A stretch of 36,610 nucleotides of DNA from Patescibacteria group bacterium (GCA_038065015.1 JBBTRU010000056.1:1-36610); one strand, 5' to 3'. Positions 1-8,895 are shown, counted from the first letter of the stretch. A program made the numbers and translations. The notes: a model not told the origin generated them from the letters alone.

Positions 1-66
1 CTTACGCTCATCAATATCTCGGAGGTTTGTGTCCCAGAAAAGCTGTTTGTTGAGTTTCAATTTCAT
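1..66 (-). CDS. 5' end of a small DUF6922-like protein (runs off the window edge)
   Basis: Not in the ORF track. ATG at 66 reads MKLKLNKQLFWDTNLRDIDERK to the edge. LFWD-x5-ID resembles the N-terminus of DUF6922 proteins, and an extended -10 lies directly upstream. Confidence 0.55.
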   Translation of the reverse strand, partial: MKLKLNKQLFWDTNLRDIDERK

Positions 67-72
67 ACTGTA

Positions 73-81
73 AGTATAGCA
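73..81 (-). promoter_or_regulatory. Extended -10 promoter (TGcTATACT), probably leaderless
   Basis: Minus strand reads TGC-TATACT-tacagt-ATG, with only 6 nt between the -10 hexamer and the ATG at 66. Confidence 0.6.
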
Positions 82-151
82 AAAATAGTGCATATTGCCT
101 ATGCCTAGGTACATTATCAAGCTTATGAACGTTGCCTCCCCTCCTCGCTAT

Positions 152-1165
152 TTACCTATGCCCGTATTGCTGCTTGTAGTATGCCAAGTACTCCCCGCTC
201 TTCAACGACTTCCACCACTCTGGGTGGTCAACGTACCACTGCACGGTCTGCTTAAGGCCCTCTGCAAGGCTCCAGGTTGGCTTCCAGCCAAGTTCCTGCA
301 TGGCTTTTGAAGTATCTACCGCGTAGCGTCGGTCGTGGCCTTCACGGTCTTTTACAAAGGTTTTCATTTCCTCGCCTTTATCAAGCTGCTTCAAAATAGC
401 TTCAAGGATAGTTAGGTTGGGCCATTCCGGATTTTGGTTTGCACCGAAATTGTAGATCTCCCCTACCCGGCCTTTCCGCAAAGCCAAATCAATGCCTCGG
501 CAATGGTCTTCCACGTGCAGCCAATCCCGCACCTGCATGCCGTCACCGTACACTGGCACGGGTTTGCCTTCGATGAGATTCGTCACGGCCAATGGGATGA
601 ATTTCTCCGGGTACTGGTTTGGTCCCAGGTTGTTTGTGCAACGTGTAATCAGCGCTGGCACGTCGTACGTACGTACGTACGCAAGTACCATGAGATCGCC
701 GGCAGCCTTCGACGCAGCGTACGGGCTGGAGGGGTGCAAGCGGTCAGTCTCTTTGGAGAACTGTCCTGCGTCAATATCGCCGTACACTTCATCGGTGGAA
801 ATTTGCACGTACCGTTTAAGCTTCTGCTCTTTCGCGACTTCAAGTAGAACGCGCGTACCAAAGATATCAGTTTTGAGGAACGCTTCAGGATCCAAAATTG
901 AACGATCGACGTGCGTATCGGCAGCGAAGTTCACCATAGCATCGCAATGCTCTGGCACGGCTTTGCGGACTGCATCAATCTCGGCTATGTCGCCTTGTAC
1001 GAAGGTGTAGCGAGGGTCTTTTTCGATATCCTTCAGGTTCGCCAGGTTGCCCGCGTACGTGAGCTTGTCAAAATTCACCACCGTATCTTCGGGGTGTTCC
1101 CGCAGGATGTAATGGATAAAGTTTGAACCAATAAACCCAGCACCACCGGTAATAAAGAGTTTCAT
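152..1165 (-). CDS. rfbB: dTDP-glucose 4,6-dehydratase
   Basis: GGAGFIG, DKLTYAGN, THVDRSI, STDEVYG, YAASK and GHDRRYA motifs; 337 aa. Confidence 0.96.
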   Translation of the reverse strand: MKLFITGGAGFIGSNFIHYILREHPEDTVVNFDKLTYAGNLANLKDIEKDPRYTFVQGDIAEIDAVRKAVPEHCDAMVNFAADTHVDRSILDPEAFLKTDIFGTRVLLEVAKEQKLKRYVQISTDEVYGDIDAGQFSKETDRLHPSSPYAASKAAGDLMVLAYVRTYDVPALITRCTNNLGPNQYPEKFIPLAVTNLIEGKPVPVYGDGMQVRDWLHVEDHCRGIDLALRKGRVGEIYNFGANQNPEWPNLTILEAILKQLDKGEEMKTFVKDREGHDRRYAVDTSKAMQELGWKPTWSLAEGLKQTVQWYVDHPEWWKSLKSGEYLAYYKQQYGHR

Positions 1166-1174
1166 AAAAAGCGA

Positions 1175-1453
1175 TCAAAAACGGAACAACCGGTTAACCA
1201 GGAAAAATATGCTGCTCATTCCCAGAATCCGGACAATGTCGGCAATACTCTTCCCAGTAATGGCCGAGATATCGGAAACGATTTTTGTTCGCAAACCTTT
1301 GCCAATATCTTTAGTCTCGGGCACGATAATGACTTTACCGGTCAAGCCATGTTGGAGCTTAGTGTGACTACCCTTGCCGCCAGGCTTCATGAAGAAACCC
1401 AAACGCAGAGAGGCACGAATTACCTGTCTTGACGAGCACGATGGGATCTCCAC
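1175..1453 (-). CDS. hicA: HicA-family toxin (mRNA interferase)
   Basis: Small basic protein with LGF...KGSH motif and IIVP..KDIGKG; GTG start preceded by AGGGG; directly downstream of a hicB-like gene. Confidence 0.8.
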   Translation of the reverse strand: MEIPSCSSRQVIRASLRLGFFMKPGGKGSHTKLQHGLTGKVIIVPETKDIGKGLRTKIVSDISAITGKSIADIVRILGMSSIFFLVNRLFRF

Positions 1454-1459
1454 AACCCC

Positions 1460-1705
1460 TTACGCCACCACGAGTTGCCCAACGGTTTCAGCTTCGTAGC
1501 GCAAAAACGCCGGATTGGCTTGATCCTTAGGTACTTCAAAATACGTAAAAATAGCATCCTTCATATTCTGTAATGCCTCGTCCATGGTTGCGCCTTGAGT
1601 GTAGCAACCGGGTAGATCTGTTGCTTCTGCCCAAAATCTACCATCAGTATCCTGATGGATTCTTACTGGTACCTGGCGAGGTAAATGAGAAAGTGTGTGA
1701 CTCAT
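1460..1705 (-). CDS. hicB: HicB-family antitoxin, short form without an evident DNA-binding domain
   Basis: FWAEATDLPGCYTQGATMDEALQNMKDAI is the HicB/UPF0150 signature. Start moved to ATG 1705 (81 aa) because the TTG at 1744 is the -35 box. Confidence 0.85.
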   Translation of the reverse strand: MSHTLSHLPRQVPVRIHQDTDGRFWAEATDLPGCYTQGATMDEALQNMKDAIFTYFEVPKDQANPAFLRYEAETVGQLVVA

Positions 1706-1715
1706 AGTGCATGGC

Positions 1716-1744
1716 AGTATATCCTCGTGGATATTCACTGTCAA
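1716..1744 (-). promoter_or_regulatory. Sigma70-type promoter for hicBA
   Basis: TTGACA (1744-1739), 17-nt spacer, TATACT (1721-1716), 10 nt upstream of the hicB ATG. Confidence 0.8.
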
Positions 1745-1748
1745 TATC
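1719..1748. promoter_or_regulatory. Overlapping inverted repeats over the hicBA promoter (putative operator)
   Basis: ATATCC-tcgt-GGATAT (1719-1734) and GATATT-N7-AATATC (1730-1748) share a central half-site. Confidence 0.45.
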
Positions 1749-1761
1749 TTTGTACAGCTAT

Positions 1762-2223
1762 CTATCGGTTCTGCGTCGCCCAGTCGAAGCCGATTTCCGG
1801 GTCGTCAAAAGCAATGCGTTTCTCATCCGGATTCTTGGGGTCGTAACTCATCGTCGTATGGTAAAAGAGCATCACCGGCTTGTCACCCAGCACCCGGTAC
1901 CCGTGCGCCACGCCAATGGGAATTTTGATGAGGATAGGGTTCTGCTCACCGGCGTAAATCACCTGCGTCTGTTTGTACGTTGCAGAATCCTTGCGCATGT
2001 CGTACAGCACCACTTGCGCCATACCACTTGCTATGTACCACAAATCGTCCTGCTTTTCGTGGTAGTGAAAGGCCTTGATAACCCCTGGGTAGGTTACTGT
2101 TACTGATGTCTGGCCGAAGTTCGACAAGAGCTTGTCGTCATCTCGCAGTACCTCGCGAAAGAATCCGCGATCGTCGGTGTGGGTAATTAATTTCTTTACA
2201 GTGATTCCCTGAAGCATTTCCAT
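1762..2223 (-). CDS. rfbC: dTDP-4-dehydrorhamnose 3,5-epimerase family protein
   Basis: DDRGFFRE, PGVIKAFHYH, DMRKDSATY and IPIGVAHGY cupin motifs. Confidence 0.85.
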   Translation of the reverse strand: MEMLQGITVKKLITHTDDRGFFREVLRDDDKLLSNFGQTSVTVTYPGVIKAFHYHEKQDDLWYIASGMAQVVLYDMRKDSATYKQTQVIYAGEQNPILIKIPIGVAHGYRVLGDKPVMLFYHTTMSYDPKNPDEKRIAFDDPEIGFDWATQNR

Positions 2224-2237
2224 ATTTTAAACGTTAA

Positions 2238-2651
2238 TTATGACTCGTCCTTATCAAAATACACCAATAGGCTCAAACCCAGAACAATCAACCCACTCAA
2301 AGGGGCTATTACTTTAACCAGCCAACCAATTGAAGACGTTTTATACCACACCACAGCCACCGTGCCAAGAGCGAGGAGAACCATCCATACGTAGTCTTTC
2401 CAGGTCGGCTTTCCCTCTACTTTTGCTTCTGGCACAACCATTGGCCATACGGTAGAAAGTACCCCAATGACAATTGCCGACCACAAAAAGATATTGATAT
2501 TGAAAAAATTTGCAACGACTCCTGGGCGTAAACTCTCCATGAGGTAAAACCCCAGGAAAGAAACCAACGAGACCTGAAAAGCAAATGAGAGCAACTCGCG
2601 TACTTCTGTACCCGAGAATGGCGTTGCAATGTTAAAGGTAATTTTATTCAT
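2238..2651 (-). CDS. Hypothetical membrane protein (~4 TM)
   Basis: Four hydrophobic segments; aligns by eye with 4139..4558. Confidence 0.75.
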   Translation of the reverse strand: MNKITFNIATPFSGTEVRELLSFAFQVSLVSFLGFYLMESLRPGVVANFFNINIFLWSAIVIGVLSTVWPMVVPEAKVEGKPTWKDYVWMVLLALGTVAVVWYKTSSIGWLVKVIAPLSGLIVLGLSLLVYFDKDES

Positions 2652-2657
2652 AACGCG

Positions 2658-4139
2658 CTACTGTTTGGCGAGTGCTCGAAATAACTTTGCTATCTCTGAA
2701 AACGCAAAGGGCGGTCGTTTTGCCGTAAACGTAATTTTTTTAATATGCAAGAATGCGCCGGCCTGCGTGGTAAGCCCGGGGTCGGAAAGCGAGAAGGTAA
2801 ACGTTTTACCTTTTGCAGAAAGTGTATGCAAATCAAAGGTTTTTTCGAGCAAATACGTACCACCCTTTTTACTCGCGATTGGTGCCACGGGTACGGGGTC
2901 GTAGAGGAAATCTGCTGCCTCGACGGTTGTTGCTGCAAGGCGGGGCACTTCTGTAATACGCCGGGCAATTTTTTCAAATGCTGCCCGTAAACCCCCCTCG
3001 GGTTTCAACAAGAAACCGCACGAGTTCGATATGCCCACATCTGCACGAGGAAATACTAGAGTATTGATCTCGTTTTTTAACTTTAAATCCTGACTCTGCT
3101 TCACCCCCGGAAGTCTCACCTGCTTCCCATTCACGCTTATTGGGTTCTGTATTCCAAGCTGATGCACCGCCACAACAGTAAGGTCGGGGCACTTCGTATA
3201 GAGAGTTACTGGGGAGCTCGATTGTTCCAGAAATAGCTTGCTCCCAAGTTCAATCGCATCACCCTGGAATTGCACGTTGCTTACTACGGTTGCCTCACTA
3301 TTCGCGCTAAACCGCAGGGTATAGAAGCCAGGGTCACCTGCTGGTACATCAATGATATGCCGCTGCATTGTGCGTCCTCCATCAGAAATATTTTTTGTAA
3401 CAATACTTACACCTTGATGTTCTAGGGTAAAACGGAGGGTATTCTTGCCAGAATCACTGTAGACAACTTTCGTATCAAATGTAACCTTTTGGGGTTTCCC
3501 ATCAAAAAACGCATTAACGGTAAAACTCCCACGGTAGCCACCGGGTAACTGCACTGCAGGGCTCTCTGTGTTTGGCGCGTAGAATGACGAGGGTATGGAA
3601 CCTTTTAAACCCTCACCTATAGAATAAACCTTTTGCAGGTTAGAAAAATTCTTCCAGAATGCATCTACATCTTGGATTTCTGGATGATTTTTTACGTACA
3701 AGCTGCCTTGCCCTAATTGCAAACGTCGCCATTCAGCCGAATACGCTGCTGGATTACGGAATGCCACAGACTGGTCAGGGTCGGAGCTTAAAACTTTTGC
3801 GCCAAGGGTAACAGTTGCGTACGGGTCAGTCTCTACCTCTGCAGTCATGGTCATGGTGTCAAAACCGCGTGGTAGGGTGACGGCAAACTTTAGCTGATCG
3901 GTGTAGGGGCGGGTGCGTTTGCCTTCTGGGGTAGAAACCACCCCAACGTCTGCACCACCGACGTACTGGGCGCTCCCCGGAAGGTGGAGGAAGGAGGAAA
4001 TGGTAACAATGTGCACTCCTGAGAATGCTACAATGTTGTTGAGTAGCCATACACCAAAAGTTATGCTACAAACTACTACAAACCAAAACGCAGCGCGTTG
4101 GGGTTTCACTAATGAGGCCTTGAAGTTTAGAAAATTCAT
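2658..4139 (-). CDS. Hypothetical membrane-anchored exported protein
   Basis: 493-aa ORF with a single N-terminal TM segment and a beta-rich-looking soluble part; ATG overlaps the upstream stop (TGATG). Confidence 0.8.
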   Translation of the reverse strand: MNFLNFKASLVKPQRAAFWFVVVCSITFGVWLLNNIVAFSGVHIVTISSFLHLPGSAQYVGGADVGVVSTPEGKRTRPYTDQLKFAVTLPRGFDTMTMTAEVETDPYATVTLGAKVLSSDPDQSVAFRNPAAYSAEWRRLQLGQGSLYVKNHPEIQDVDAFWKNFSNLQKVYSIGEGLKGSIPSSFYAPNTESPAVQLPGGYRGSFTVNAFFDGKPQKVTFDTKVVYSDSGKNTLRFTLEHQGVSIVTKNISDGGRTMQRHIIDVPAGDPGFYTLRFSANSEATVVSNVQFQGDAIELGSKLFLEQSSSPVTLYTKCPDLTVVAVHQLGIQNPISVNGKQVRLPGVKQSQDLKLKNEINTLVFPRADVGISNSCGFLLKPEGGLRAAFEKIARRITEVPRLAATTVEAADFLYDPVPVAPIASKKGGTYLLEKTFDLHTLSAKGKTFTFSLSDPGLTTQAGAFLHIKKITFTAKRPPFAFSEIAKLFRALAKQ

Positions 4140-4558
4140 CACGTATCAAAATGCTTACGTTCAGTAGGTAACGGTACGAAAATATCGCAAAGGAAAAACC
4201 AAAATGTAAATACCGTTACGGAAAAGAGGAGAACGGCAATCCAAGGTTGTACATTGAGGTTACGAACTATTGCAAAAGCAGCAATAACACTCCCAATCGC
4301 AATTACCGAACGAAGCATGCCTGGTCGTGGCACGGAGATAAATAAGTTTTCGCGGGGAAAGAGGAGTACGCAAATACCTAGAACAATTAGGATAGGGGGG
4401 ATATTTGAAAATTGTGCTGTACGCAAAATTGATCCTGGAAAAAGTTGCTCAAACGTGTACGCAACGAGATACCCCAAAAAAAGTACGAGGAACGTGTAAC
4501 GGCAGAGTGCTCGAATAAACTGTATAAACCAGGTTGTGTTCAAGTTGAGAGAAAACAT
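4139..4558 (-). CDS. Hypothetical membrane protein (~4 TM), paralog-like to 2238..2651
   Basis: Four hydrophobic segments and a shared Y..E.L.PG motif. ATG 4558 is preferred to TTG 4579 from N-terminal alignment with the paralog. Confidence 0.7.
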   Translation of the reverse strand: MFSLNLNTTWFIQFIRALCRYTFLVLFLGYLVAYTFEQLFPGSILRTAQFSNIPPILIVLGICVLLFPRENLFISVPRPGMLRSVIAIGSVIAAFAIVRNLNVQPWIAVLLFSVTVFTFWFFLCDIFVPLPTERKHFDT

Positions 4559-4591
4559 AATATTAGTAAAGGCTAGCAATCAATACGTTTT

Positions 4592-4620
4592 TTGACAAAT
4601 TAAACTAAAATAACTATAGT
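4592..4620 (+). promoter_or_regulatory. Sigma70-type promoter for the gmd operon
   Basis: TTGACA (4592-4597), 17-nt spacer, TATAGT (4615-4620). A second TATACT lies at 4637-4642. The -10 is part of the palindrome ACTATAGT in a divergent intergenic region. Confidence 0.75.
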
Positions 4621-4656
4621 ACGAAAGCTTAGAACATATACTTTTGTAATTTTTGT

Positions 4657-5721
4657 ATGAAAAAAGCACTCATCACCGGAATTACTGGCCAAGATGGTTC
4701 CTACCTCGCAGAACTTCTTCTTGAGAAGGGCTACGAAGTACACGGCATTGTTCGACGTTCTTCGAGTATCAACTCGGCGCGCATCGACCACATCTTCCAA
4801 GACCCGCACGAGAAAAATATTCGGTTGCACTTGCACTACGGTGACTTAACGGACTCCTCAAATCTCTCCCGCCTCATTGAGAAAATTTCACCGGATGAAA
4901 TATACAACCTCGGCGCGCAGAGCCACGTCCGGGTGAGTTTCGACATGCCGGAATTCACCGGCAACGTCGACGCTCTCGGTGCTACCCGCTTGCTCGAAGC
5001 CATTCGCGACACGCGTATCAAAACGCGAATCTACCAAGCTTCTTCCAGTGAAATGTTCGGTAAAGTGCAAGAGGTTCCGCAAAAGGAAACGACCCCTTTC
5101 TACCCTCGAAGTCCGTACGGCGTCGCTAAAGTGTACGCGTACTGGATAACGGTCAACTACCGTGAGAGCTACAACCTCTACGCTTGCAATGGCATCCTGT
5201 TCAACCACGAATCACCTCGGCGCGGCGAGACGTTTGTGACCAGAAAGGTTACCCGTGGCCTCTCCCGTATCAAGCTAGGCATAGACAAAAAACTCTACCT
5301 TGGCAACCTCGAGGCAAAACGCGACTGGGGCTACGCCAAGGACTACGTCGAAGCAATGTGGCGTATGCTGCAGCAGCCTACCCCCGATGACTACGTCATT
5401 GCCACGGGCGAGACACATTCGGTTCGCGAATTTGTAGAAGAAGCTGGCCGACACCTCGGCATGGATATCCACTGGAAAGGGCAAGGCCTGGATGAAGTAG
5501 GCATTGATGCGCAAACGGGCAAGACGATTATCGGGATTGACCCAAAGTATTTCCGCCCAGCAGAAGTTGACCTCCTCATTGGTGACTGCACGAAAGCCAA
5601 AGCGCAACTTAACTGGAAACCCAAAACGACTTTCAAAGAACTCGTGAAAATCATGATTGAGGCGGACCTCGCGGCAGAAGGCAGAAACGAGACACACGCC
5701 TCAACCACCCCACACCCTTAG
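4657..5721 (+). CDS. gmd: GDP-mannose 4,6-dehydratase
   Basis: [46 protein letters not shown] and RDWGYAKDY motifs. Confidence 0.97.
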   Translation: MKKALITGITGQDGSYLAELLLEKGYEVHGIVRRSSSINSARIDHIFQDPHEKNIRLHLHYGDLTDSSNLSRLIEKISPDEIYNLGAQSHVRVSFDMPEFTGNVDALGATRLLEAIRDTRIKTRIYQASSSEMFGKVQEVPQKETTPFYPRSPYGVAKVYAYWITVNYRESYNLYACNGILFNHESPRRGETFVTRKVTRGLSRIKLGIDKKLYLGNLEAKRDWGYAKDYVEAMWRMLQQPTPDDYVIATGETHSVREFVEEAGRHLGMDIHWKGQGLDEVGIDAQTGKTIIGIDPKYFRPAEVDLLIGDCTKAKAQLNWKPKTTFKELVKIMIEADLAAEGRNETHASTTPHP

Positions 5722-5752
5722 GCCTCTTGCCAAAGCCTGCCAACAAACGCCT

Positions 5753-6913
5753 ATGATCAAATTAATGAAATCAACATTCCTCCATGAGGAAGAGACGAAA
5801 CGGAAACTCGTTGACTTCATTATGCAGGCAAAGAAGCTGAGCATGGGCGCAGAGTGTAAGGCGTACGAAGTTGCATTTGCAAAGAAGCAAGGCCGAAAGC
5901 ATGCAATATTCGTGAGCAGTGGAAGCGCTGCCAACCTTGGCCTGCTCCAAGCGCTCTTGAATACCGGAAAGCTGCAGAAAGGTGCGCGTGTGGGCTTCTC
6001 TGCACTCACGTGGGCAACGAATGTCATGCCCATAATCCAGCTTGGTATGACACCGGTAGCAATCGACTGCGAACTGGAAACGCTGAATACATCCCCAGCA
6101 ACGCTCGCCAAAGCGGGAAAACTCGACGCGCTCTTCCTCACGAACGTCCTGGGTTTGTGCGATGACCTGCCGGGTATAGCTACGTACTGCCAAACGAAGG
6201 ACATTCTCCTCCTAGAGGACAACTGCGAGTCACTCGGTTCCAGCGTGCAAGGGAAACTCCTGGGGAACTTCGGCTACGCCTCGACGTTCTCTTCCTTCAT
6301 CGGCCACCACGTCTCGACAGTAGAGGGGGGGATGATTTGCACTGATGACGACGACTTCGCTGATGCGTTGATCATGGTACGGGCGCATGGTTGGGATAGA
6401 AACCTCAGCGAACAAAAACGAACAGCGCTGCGGAAGCAGCACGGGGTAAAGGATTTCTTCGCTATGTACACATTCTACGATCTTGCCTACAACCTCCGGC
6501 CGACCGAAATCCAGGGCTGCCTAGGCAACCTTCAGCTCCCCTACTGGGACGAGATTGTGTCTGGCCGAGAAGCGAATTTCAAGAAGTTCCTCGCCAGCGC
6601 TCAGTCGAACGCGAATATCTACCCGCTCCGAACCGAGCAACTCTCGACAGTGTCGAACTTCGCCATGCCTGTGGTGTACAAATCGGAAACGGCATTTTCT
6701 AAAGCATGCCAGGCTTTCGTCAACGAACAGGTAGAGGTTCGACCAATCATCGCCGGGAACATCACCGAGCAACCTTTCTACAAGAAGTACATGCCCCACC
6801 CCGAACCTTGCCCGAATGCTGCAATCATTCATCGCCGAGGACTGTATTTCCCGAATAATCCAGAACTCACAGAGGAAGAAGTGATACAGCTTTCATCTCT
6901 CCTTCACGGTTAA
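5753..6913 (+). CDS. colD: GDP-4-keto-6-deoxy-D-mannose 3-dehydratase (ColD-type, PLP-dependent)
   Basis: DegT fold (SSGSAANL, EDNCESLG) with His in place of the Schiff-base Lys (SFIGHHVSTVEGGM), plus RAHGWDR; lies between gmd and fcl. ATG 5753 avoids overlap with gmd. Confidence 0.8.
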   Translation: MIKLMKSTFLHEEETKRKLVDFIMQAKKLSMGAECKAYEVAFAKKQGRKHAIFVSSGSAANLGLLQALLNTGKLQKGARVGFSALTWATNVMPIIQLGMTPVAIDCELETLNTSPATLAKAGKLDALFLTNVLGLCDDLPGIATYCQTKDILLLEDNCESLGSSVQGKLLGNFGYASTFSSFIGHHVSTVEGGMICTDDDDFADALIMVRAHGWDRNLSEQKRTALRKQHGVKDFFAMYTFYDLAYNLRPTEIQGCLGNLQLPYWDEIVSGREANFKKFLASAQSNANIYPLRTEQLSTVSNFAMPVVYKSETAFSKACQAFVNEQVEVRPIIAGNITEQPFYKKYMPHPEPCPNAAIIHRRGLYFPNNPELTEEEVIQLSSLLHG

Positions 6914-6915
6914 CC

Positions 6916-7875
6916 ATGCATACGCCAGTAGACTTGAAAGCACCGATCTTCATAGCCGGCCATCGTGGCATGGTTGGCTCTTCTATCTGGCATGAACTTG
7001 AACAGCGTGGTGCGGGGCAGCTCATTGGCGCGACGCATGCAGAGTTGGAACTACGAGACACAAACGCTGTTGAAAAATTCTTTGCCGAACATAAACCAAC
7101 CTATGTTGTTCTCGCTGCAGCGAAAGTCGGCGGCATACAAGCGAACATCAATGCTCCTGCAGATTTTCTCTACGATAACCTGGCCATTCAGAACAGCATC
7201 TACGCTGCAGCACTCAAACACGGCGTGAAGAAAATTCTCTTCCTGGGAACTTCCTGCATTTACCCACGGGAGTGTCCGCAACCTATGAAGGAGGAATATT
7301 TGCTAACTGGGCCGCTCGAACCGACGAACGAAGGATACGCGCTGGCGAAAATTGCAGGTATCAAGTTAGCAGAGTACATGTACAAGCAGCATGGCTTACA
7401 GTCGGTATGTCCCATGCCGCCGAACCTCTACGGACCGAACGACAACTTCGATCCAAAGAATTCACACGTCCTTGCTGCGCTCGTGCGGAAGTTCGTTACG
7501 GCCGTTGATGCAAAAGCTGATGTGGAGACAATGTGGGGTTCGGGAACTGCACGGAGAGAGTTCATGCACGTTGACGATGTTGCGCGAATTGCTGTCGACC
7601 TTTTCAACGAACACGAAACGCCAGAGATTATTAACATTGGGCCCGGTATAGATAGTTCAATCAAAGAGCTTGCTGAACTAGTAGCCAAACTCACTGGCTA
7701 CACTGGACCGCTGCACTGGGATACGACGAAACCCGATGGCATGCCGAGGAAGTGCTTAGACGTTTCCCGAATGCGGAAACTCGGACTTGGGCCAACAATT
7801 ACGCTCGAGGATGGGATTAAAGAAATGATTACGTATTTTCGGAAGAAGCAGCTTGATGAATTAGCAAGAACGTAG
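6916..7875 (+). CDS. fcl: GDP-L-fucose synthase family epimerase/reductase (possibly ColC, GDP-L-colitose synthase)
   Basis: GHRGMVGS, AAAKVGGI, SCIYP, LEPTNEGYALAK, NSHV and KPDGMPRK motifs. Confidence 0.9.
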   Translation: MHTPVDLKAPIFIAGHRGMVGSSIWHELEQRGAGQLIGATHAELELRDTNAVEKFFAEHKPTYVVLAAAKVGGIQANINAPADFLYDNLAIQNSIYAAALKHGVKKILFLGTSCIYPRECPQPMKEEYLLTGPLEPTNEGYALAKIAGIKLAEYMYKQHGLQSVCPMPPNLYGPNDNFDPKNSHVLAALVRKFVTAVDAKADVETMWGSGTARREFMHVDDVARIAVDLFNEHETPEIINIGPGIDSSIKELAELVAKLTGYTGPLHWDTTKPDGMPRKCLDVSRMRKLGLGPTITLEDGIKEMITYFRKKQLDELART

Positions 7876-7880
7876 ACGCT

Positions 7881-8891
7881 ATGGCAGAATTTCAAAAAAG
7901 GATACTCGCAGCAATTCTCAAAGATGACTACGGGAAACCAGAGCGAGGACCCGGAGGCGAGTATATTTACTTCTACTCAGCTCTAGAAACTCTTTGTCAA
8001 ACGGTGCAGCTCTTCGATGTTGGACCCTTCCTTAAGCAGCCCGACCTCTTACGTGAGAAACTCCTGAAGGCAATCGACGAATTCAAACCAGATCTCGTAT
8101 TCTTTTCCATATTTTTAGATGAGTGCACGCCCGAACTCTTGGATACAATTCGCGCCCGAACGAAGACGGCGAACTGGTTTCCCGATGATCAATGGCGGTT
8201 CAATATATACTCAAAGCATTATGGGAAACATTTTTCAACTGTCATAACTACTGATCCCTACGTGCTCAAGAAGTACACGAACACTGGGTGTTCTGACGTA
8301 CTCCTTTCACAATTTGCCATTAAGGTGCCAATACAAGCACCAACAACACCGATCACCTACAAATACGATGTTAGCTTCATTGGTGTAGCCACAACATATC
8401 GCACCTGGCTCATTTCGGAACTACGAAAACGTGGCATTGAAGTTTCAACTTTTGGCACAGGTTGGCCAAATGGCAGAGTACCCTACGAAAAAATGCCAGA
8501 AACATTCTGCCAAACTAAAATAAACTTAAACATCTCGAATAGTAAAAACTATGATATTCGTTACGTACTTTCTTCAATACACAATTTTCAAGACTTTCGT
8601 AGAACAAAAAAGAACAAGGAGCAAATAAAAGGTAGGCATTTTGAAATTTGTGGAGGTTATGGATTCCAGCTAACAAACTACGTAGAATTTCTTGAAGATT
8701 ACTTTACTATTGGAAAAGAAATTGCGGTATACAATACAATAGATGACATGACTGAAAAAATTAAGTTCTACTTAGAAAATGAGGATCTTAGGGAAACAAT
8801 TGTACGACAAGGGTATGAACGAGTTGCAAAAGATCATACATACGTGCAGCGATTTAAAGACATATTGAATCATATCTTTCACTCCACCTAG
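7881..8891 (+). CDS. CgeB-like glycosyltransferase (Glyco_trans_1_2)
   Basis: NWFPDDQWRF, YDVSFIG, KINLN, QIKGRHFEI and HTYVQRF motifs typical of the family. Confidence 0.8.
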   Translation: MAEFQKRILAAILKDDYGKPERGPGGEYIYFYSALETLCQTVQLFDVGPFLKQPDLLREKLLKAIDEFKPDLVFFSIFLDECTPELLDTIRARTKTANWFPDDQWRFNIYSKHYGKHFSTVITTDPYVLKKYTNTGCSDVLLSQFAIKVPIQAPTTPITYKYDVSFIGVATTYRTWLISELRKRGIEVSTFGTGWPNGRVPYEKMPETFCQTKINLNISNSKNYDIRYVLSSIHNFQDFRRTKKNKEQIKGRHFEICGGYGFQLTNYVEFLEDYFTIGKEIAVYNTIDDMTEKIKFYLENEDLRETIVRQGYERVAKDHTYVQRFKDILNHIFHST

Positions 8892-8895
8892 CTGT

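Noticed and set aside
95-1126. Short alternative-frame and antisense ORFs over rfbB and elsewhere in the track
   Set aside because: They lie within well-supported genes and show no motifs or expression signals.
5657-5752. Upstream extension of colD, and similar extensions at 1744, 9258, 13601, 21434, 22516, 25837 and 30653
   Set aside because: They overlap neighbouring genes or promoters; downstream starts give stop-start coupling and family-typical N-termini.
5753-6913. Calling this gene perosamine synthase
   Set aside because: The Schiff-base Lys is replaced by His, which fits ColD.
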